Source: Thermoanaerobaculia bacterium
GTDB lineage: Bacteria > Acidobacteriota > Thermoanaerobaculia > UBA5066
Length of the DNA stretch: 64,000 nucleotides
Direction: 5' to 3'
NCBI GenBank assembly: GCA_963816185.1
Contig: CAWFJJ010000024.1
Coordinates: forward strand, 1-64,000
Part shown: in pieces, positions 59,080 through 64,000 of the stretch
Numbering within the stretch: position 1 is the first letter of the stretch
How the letters are laid out: each line of letters opens with the position of its first letter
Translations under genes and position numbers: made by a program
Notes under the pieces: generated by a model
The model's database searches: none
What the model was told of the DNA's origin: nothing
Seen by the model: the letters and a program-made list of their open reading frames with translations, nothing else

Positions 59080-59376
59080 ATGCTCGAGAGCTTGACGTTC
59101 GGAGATTTCTCTGGAAGGGTCGGAGAGGGGTTTCGCCTCGAGGGACCCGCCGTCATCGTCGAGCTGACGCTTGTCGAGGTCACGGACCTCGCGCGGCGCG
59201 AAAAACCGGGTCCGCGGCGGTCGCCGTTTTCGCTCGTCTTCCACGGCCCGTTCAGCCCCGTAATGCCCCAGCGCACATACGCGCTCGAGCATGCCTCGCT
59301 CGGGCGCCTCGACATCTTCCTCGTACCGATCGGGCCCGACGCCGACGGCATGCGGTACGAGGCGGTCTTCAACTGA
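59080..59376 (+). CDS. DUF6916-like protein (no leader)
   Basis: F..RVGE.F, PFSLVFHGP, PQRTY.LEH..LG..IFLVPIG and YEAVFN motifs. Confidence 0.88.
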   Translation: MLESLTFGDFSGRVGEGFRLEGPAVIVELTLVEVTDLARREKPGPRRSPFSLVFHGPFSPVMPQRTYALEHASLGRLDIFLVPIGPDADGMRYEAVFN

Positions 59377-59854
59377 CTCTCGCCGCGGACACCGCGGGAC
59401 GCCGCTCCATCAGCAGATAGACGCCGTGCTCCTCGGCGGGCGCGAACCCGAGACGCTCGTAGAGACTTCGCGCGGGGTTCGACATCTCCACGTGGATCGT
59501 CAGGGTCACTTCGCGCCCCTTCGCTTCCGCGATGAGCTCGGCCAGGAGCCGCGTTCCGATTCCCGTCCCCCGGAACCGAGGCAGGAGAGCGATGTCCATG
59601 AGCCGGATCTCTCTCGGCCTGCGGTGGACATAGAGCCGCCCCACGGGCACCCCATCCACCTCGATCACGTCGTACGTCGCGCCTTCGTAGTGGGCGCGGT
59701 AATGCGCGTCCTGGGCGTCGAACTGCATCTTCACGAACGCGGCCTTCTGCTCGTCCGTCCAGGGCACCGGCGCCAGCTCCTCCGCGCGCGTCGACGCGTA
59801 CACGGAGAGGAGGAACTCCCGGTCGTCGGGGCGGACGGGGCGGAGGGTCACCAT
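59369..59854 (-). CDS. GNAT-family N-acyltransferase
   Basis: FRGTGIGT acetyl-CoA motif, NPA.SLYERLGF, N-terminal YASTR.EE..QFDAQ..HY; GAGGAG RBS. Confidence 0.92.
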   Translation of the reverse strand: MVTLRPVRPDDREFLLSVYASTRAEELAPVPWTDEQKAAFVKMQFDAQDAHYRAHYEGATYDVIEVDGVPVGRLYVHRRPREIRLMDIALLPRFRGTGIGTRLLAELIAEAKGREVTLTIHVEMSNPARSLYERLGFAPAEEHGVYLLMERRPAVSAARVS

Positions 59855-59868
59855 TCGTCGGGTGCTCC

Positions 59869-60384
59869 TCACGTCCGCGGCGGGTAGACGCCCTGCAGGG
59901 CGATGCAGAAGTTGAGCGTGAGGTACGGCTGCATGTTGTTGTGCGGCTGGTCGGCGCCGGCCGGTGCGATCGCCTGCGAGCTGAGCTGCGTCACGGCGCC
60001 CGGCACGGCGTAGGCCCCGATTCCGATGCCCTTGGCCAGCAACTCGTTCCCGGCATTCGTGTCCACCCCATCTGCCTTGGAAGCCTGGAGCCCGTGCGAA
60101 TGCGAAGGGATCTCCGACTCGAGCAGGGTAACGGTCTCGCTCCCGCCGGTCTCGCCGAGATCGTGGAGCGAGAGGCCGGGACCCTGTCCCGGGTGCATCG
60201 GCGCGTTGCCTTGCATGTTCGGGAGCGCGAAGTTGCTCCTCCCGTCCCCGCCGTACGTCGTCCCAAGCAGGGAGAACAGCGCCGTGTTCTGCGAGAGAGG
60301 CAGGATCTGGCCGTCGCAGAACGCCCAGCCCGCTGGGGCGAAGTTGAACGGGAAGATGCGGATTTCGGCGACGAATGGGTCCAT
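59869..60384 (-). CDS. Phage tail-collar domain protein (microcystin-dependent-protein-like) 3
   Basis: FVAEIR, GWAFCDGQ.LP..QNTALFSLLGTTYGGDG..F.LP, HSH and HNNMQP motifs. Confidence 0.92.
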   Translation of the reverse strand: MDPFVAEIRIFPFNFAPAGWAFCDGQILPLSQNTALFSLLGTTYGGDGRSNFALPNMQGNAPMHPGQGPGLSLHDLGETGGSETVTLLESEIPSHSHGLQASKADGVDTNAGNELLAKGIGIGAYAVPGAVTQLSSQAIAPAGADQPHNNMQPYLTLNFCIALQGVYPPRT

Positions 60385-60393
60385 GGCGTCTCC

Positions 60394-60903
60394 TCAGGTC
60401 TGTGACGGGAAGATGCCGAAGAGAGAAATGATGAAGTCGACGCAGAGGTACGGCTGGAAGTTCGTGTGAGGCTGGCTTCCTCCCGTGCTGCCGACGGCGG
60501 ACGGGCTCAGCGGGGTCAGAGGCGCATCGGTGCCGTACGGGGTGATCGCGGCGTTCGGAGACTTCGCGGGGAGCTGGCCCTGGGGGGCGGTGCCCGTCGC
60601 GGGATTGTTCGACGCGAGAAACGCGTGTGAGTGCGCCGGAATCTGGCTGACCGTCAGGGTGATCTCCTCCACGCCGCCCGTCTCCGCGAGCGTAAAGCCG
60701 TTCCCGAAGTGGAGCGGGACACGACCGCGCAGGTCGGGCAGCGCGAACGTGGACTGCCCGTCGCCGCCGTACGTCGTGCCGATCAGGTTGAAGAGCGTTT
60801 CGTACTCCGAGATCGGCAGGAGCTGGCCTTCGCAGAACATCCAGCCCGCGGGCGCGAAGTTGCCCGCGAACATCCGGATCTCACCGACGTAAGGCTGGGC
60901 CAT
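60394..60903 (-). CDS. Phage tail-collar domain protein 2
   Basis: YVGEIR, GWMFCEGQ, LIGTTYGGDG..FALPDLRGR, HSH and HTNFQP motifs. Confidence 0.92.
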   Translation of the reverse strand: MAQPYVGEIRMFAGNFAPAGWMFCEGQLLPISEYETLFNLIGTTYGGDGQSTFALPDLRGRVPLHFGNGFTLAETGGVEEITLTVSQIPAHSHAFLASNNPATGTAPQGQLPAKSPNAAITPYGTDAPLTPLSPSAVGSTGGSQPHTNFQPYLCVDFIISLFGIFPSQT

Positions 60904-60913
60904 CGCGTGCCTC

Positions 60914-61417
60914 CTAGGTCTGGCTCGGGAAGATGCCCTGGAGGGCGATCGAGAAGTTCAGGACGAGGAACGGCTGCATGTTGAGGTGCGCCTGCGAGCC
61001 GCCCACGTTGGCGAGGGCGTTGGGGGCCATGGCCACGGGGTTGCCGGAGCCGTAGAGCTGGGCCCCGGCGGACTGCGCGAGCATGACGTTCGACGCCGGG
61101 ACGTTCGTCGACGCGACCGCGCTGACCGCATTGGCGACGTGCGCATGCGTGGGGATCTCCGAAATCGAGAGCGTGTGGGCCTGCTCGCCGCCTTGCTCTC
61201 CGAGGGTGTGGCCGTTCCCCATGTGGATCGGGGCGCGCCCCTGCAGATTGGGAAGCCCGAAGTTCACGCGCCCGTCTCCTCCGTAGGTCGTGCCCAGCAG
61301 CGAGAACAGCGCCTGGTTCTGATTGATCGGCAGGAGCTGGCCGTCGCAGGTCGCCCAGCCCTTCGGTGGGAAGCCGAAGCTCATGATCCGGATCTCGGCG
61401 AGGAAGGGTTCCGCCAT
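60914..61417 (-). CDS. Phage tail-collar domain protein 1
   Basis: FLAEIR, GWATCDGQ, LLGTTYGGDG, HAH and HLNMQP motifs. Confidence 0.92.
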   Translation of the reverse strand: MAEPFLAEIRIMSFGFPPKGWATCDGQLLPINQNQALFSLLGTTYGGDGRVNFGLPNLQGRAPIHMGNGHTLGEQGGEQAHTLSISEIPTHAHVANAVSAVASTNVPASNVMLAQSAGAQLYGSGNPVAMAPNALANVGGSQAHLNMQPFLVLNFSIALQGIFPSQT

Positions 61418-61434
61418 CGCTGTTTCTCCTCGTG

Positions 61435-64000
61435 TTAGAAGCCGCCGGGTTCGACGCAGGTCGAGAACCCGCTCGTGGCGGAGATGAGGGTCGTGCCGCC
61501 GACGCCGAAGTTGCCGGGCGCGCTCCCCGGGTTCTGGCTGTTCACGTAGTTCTCGACGTCCGGCGTCGACGTCGACCCGCCGGGCAGGCCGACGATTCCG
61601 AACGCGTTGATCGCGGAATTCGTCCCCTGCTTGCGGAGGCCGATGCCGGAGGCGATGAAGCCGCCTCCGCTGTCACCCGCCGTCGTGTTGCCCGTGATCT
61701 CGAGGCATACGGTCTCGTTGGCGCTGGAAGCGCTGCCGGAAGAGACGCGAATGCCGAACGTCGTCCCGCTTCCCGAGGTCGGGGCCGCGACGGTGTTCGT
61801 CCGGATCCTCACGTGCGCCTGGCCGGTCGCGCCGATCGTGTTGACGAGGATACCGTTCCCGTCCGTCTGGCTGATGTTGTTCGCGCCGCCGGCCGTGCCG
61901 TCGCCGATGCTCAGGTTCAGGACGGGCGTGTCGCTCGACGAGAACGTGCTCGTCGTGCCGCCGCCGATCCCGGCGCTGCTGAAGATGTTGTGCGCGACGA
62001 TCGTGTTTCCGGCGATCGTGCCGGTGTACGTCGTGAGGCCGTTCGATCCGAAGCCGATCCCGAGTCCCTTCACGTTCGTGATCGAGTTGTTCGTGATGAC
62101 GAAGAACCCGGTGCCGCGGCCGTTGAGCGCCGTGTTGATCCCCTGCGTCCCCATCTGGTTGGCCGCGCTCTGTCCCGAGATCACGTTGTTCGTGATCGCG
62201 ATCGCGTTCGTCGAGAGGTCGGACCCGTACGTCCCCGCGGGCGCGAGGGTGCTCGTCGCGTTTCCGCCGAGGAACAGGATCCCCGCGTCGCTCGGGAAGT
62301 TCGTGATCGTGTTCCCGTTGATCGTAGCCTTCGAGTAGCTCGCGACGGTGGACGCCGAGCCGAAGCCCACGAGCCGGATCGCCGATCCCTTCGACGCCGT
62401 CGTGAGCGTGCTGCTCGTGAGCGTGTTGTTCGAGATGTTCGTGTTGCTGATCGTGCCGTCGAACTGGAAGACGTCCACGCCGTGGTAGTAGGCGTTCGTC
62501 AGCGTGCTGCCCGTGATCGTCAGCGTTCCCGTGAGGTTCTTCTCGTTGCCGATCGTGGGCGAGTAGGCGCCGGCGTTGAAGGCGATGTTCGAGTCTCCGG
62601 TTCCGCTGGCGGTACCGGAGTTGTTGATCGTGCCGTTGACGAAGCTGAACGTCTGGACGTTATTGGATCCCTTCACGCCGCTGTGCCCCGTGTTCTGGAT
62701 GCTCATCGAGGTGAGCGAGACGCTCTGGGCGTTCGACAGGAGGACACCGTCTCCGGTCACGCTCTGGATCGTGCCGCCCGTCCCCGCGCCCCCCGTCCCC
62801 GTGACGGTGAAGCTGCCCGTCGAGTTCTGCAGGACGATGCCGTTGGCGCCCCCGTTCGCGGACACGGCCTGGAAGGTGAACGCGCCTCCGGCGGCGTTCA
62901 GCGACACCGCCGTGCCGGTCGTCGTCGTCACCGTGACGCCGTTCTGCACGGTCGCGCCCGTGATCGCGCCCGAGTTCGTCACGCCCGTGCTCGAGCCCGC
63001 GCTGACGTCGAGGGAGCTGACCGTGAGCGTGTTCGCCGCGAGCGTGAGAGTCGAATTGAGCGTGGGCTTGCCGCCCGCGCCGATCGTGAGGGGCCCGAGC
63101 GTGAACGTCGTGCCCTGGCCCCAGAGCGTCAGGCCGGCCTTGTTCAGCGAGGCGCCCGCGTAGTTGGACGAGCCCGTGTGCAGGAAGATCGTCTGGTTCG
63201 CAGAGGCGTTCGTCACCGCCTGCGCGACCGTCGCGAGAGGCTCGTGCGACCGCCCGCGCGAGGCCGAGTCGGAGCCGCCCGAGTTGTTCACGTACCAGAC
63301 CATGCCGGTCAAGGTGACGTTCAAGGGCGCGGTCGCGCTCGCGGGCGTCCCGGTCCCGCCGCTGTCGCTTGAGACCGTATAGGTGCACGTCGAGGACGTC
63401 GCGCCCGCGTTCGGCGTGTAGACGAAGCGGCCGAGTCCGTCGAAGGTCGAGATGGCCGCGCCGGCGGTGCAACCCGCGGCGGTCACGGTGACGCTGCCGG
63501 CCGGCTGGGCCGACGTGAGGAGCCCCGACACCGTCGCGACGGCGGGAGTCGTCGGCGCGCCTGTGACGCCGGTGACGTAGAGCTGCGTGTTCCCGACGCC
63601 CGAGTAGGTCTGCGTCACGATCGCGGGTGCGACCGAGAGCGTGTAGGTGCCGCTCGTTCCGAAGCAGCCGTTTGCGTCGGTCGCCTTCACCGTGATCGTG
63701 AACGTGCCGGTCTGGGTCGGCGTGCCGGTGAGGACACCGGCGGTCGAAAGCGAGACACCCGTCGGGAGGGAGCCCGTCGTGAGGGTGAACGTCGCGGGCG
63801 TGTGCGTCCCGACGCCCGACTGCGTAAACGTGAAATTGCCGGCTGGGGCGAGCGCCGTGTTGTACGTCGCGATCGTCGAGGTCGGGTTCGAGACCGTGAT
63901 CGTCTGGCAGGAGATCACGAGCGTGTAGGTCGCGCCCGTGCCCGTGCAGCCGTTCGCGTCCGTCACCGTGACGACGATCGGGAACGTGCCGGACGAAGAG
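61435..64000 (-). CDS. Large surface protein with putative-Ig repeats and beta-helix region (5' end outside window)
   Basis: GSLPTGVSLSTAGVLTGTPT..GTFTITV.ATDANGC repeats, then WYVNN..G...P and Gly/Asn/Thr-rich beta-helix-like repeats; frame open to the window edge. Confidence 0.85.
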   Translation of the reverse strand, partial: SSSGTFPIVVTVTDANGCTGTGATYTLVISCQTITVSNPTSTIATYNTALAPAGNFTFTQSGVGTHTPATFTLTTGSLPTGVSLSTAGVLTGTPTQTGTFTITVKATDANGCFGTSGTYTLSVAPAIVTQTYSGVGNTQLYVTGVTGAPTTPAVATVSGLLTSAQPAGSVTVTAAGCTAGAAISTFDGLGRFVYTPNAGATSSTCTYTVSSDSGGTGTPASATAPLNVTLTGMVWYVNNSGGSDSASRGRSHEPLATVAQAVTNASANQTIFLHTGSSNYAGASLNKAGLTLWGQGTTFTLGPLTIGAGGKPTLNSTLTLAANTLTVSSLDVSAGSSTGVTNSGAITGATVQNGVTVTTTTGTAVSLNAAGGAFTFQAVSANGGANGIVLQNSTGSFTVTGTGGAGTGGTIQSVTGDGVLLSNAQSVSLTSMSIQNTGHSGVKGSNNVQTFSFVNGTINNSGTASGTGDSNIAFNAGAYSPTIGNEKNLTGTLTITGSTLTNAYYHGVDVFQFDGTISNTNISNNTLTSSTLTTASKGSAIRLVGFGSASTVASYSKATINGNTITNFPSDAGILFLGGNATSTLAPAGTYGSDLSTNAIAITNNVISGQSAANQMGTQGINTALNGRGTGFFVITNNSITNVKGLGIGFGSNGLTTYTGTIAGNTIVAHNIFSSAGIGGGTTSTFSSSDTPVLNLSIGDGTAGGANNISQTDGNGILVNTIGATGQAHVRIRTNTVAAPTSGSGTTFGIRVSSGSASSANETVCLEITGNTTAGDSGGGFIASGIGLRKQGTNSAINAFGIVGLPGGSTSTPDVENYVNSQNPGSAPGNFGVGGTTLISATSGFSTCVEPGGF

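Noticed and set aside
59869-61417. Prophage or tailocin
   Set aside because: No terminase, capsid, sheath, tube, baseplate, lysis or integrase genes in the window.

Overview
Bacterial genomic DNA that appears to consist of two different segments. (A) About 1-49,830 resembles Acidobacteria (Bryobacteraceae/Solibacter-like). It has moderate GC and single-base frameshifts in most genes, including core genes, so these are most likely sequencing errors. It carries an Oar-type TonB-dependent receptor, many secreted proteins, tsaB, an FHA-DUF4123 fusion, aroK, glycerate kinase, an ECF sigma/anti-sigma/LiaF-like module, nrdR plus an RpoD paralogue, an octaheme cytochrome, mutS-anmK, two tandem CsgG/HfaB-like genes, an exported triple-RidA-like protein, an IorAB-type molybdoenzyme, a shortened GH97, lysA, deoC, argD, manC and tandem lepB. 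(B) About 49,830-64,000 is much GC-richer and essentially frameshift-free. It carries a YtrA-type GntR/ABC operon with a visible operator, pilT, kdsA, a DEAD-box helicase and a phage-free cassette: a large Ig/beta-helix surface protein, three tandem tail-collar proteins, a GNAT acyltransferase and two divergent DUF6916-like proteins, one with a Tat-like leader. This cassette is the best candidate for an uncharacterised system. I found no rRNA, tRNA, CRISPR array or intact mobile element. All family calls come from motif recognition by eye, not from database searches.
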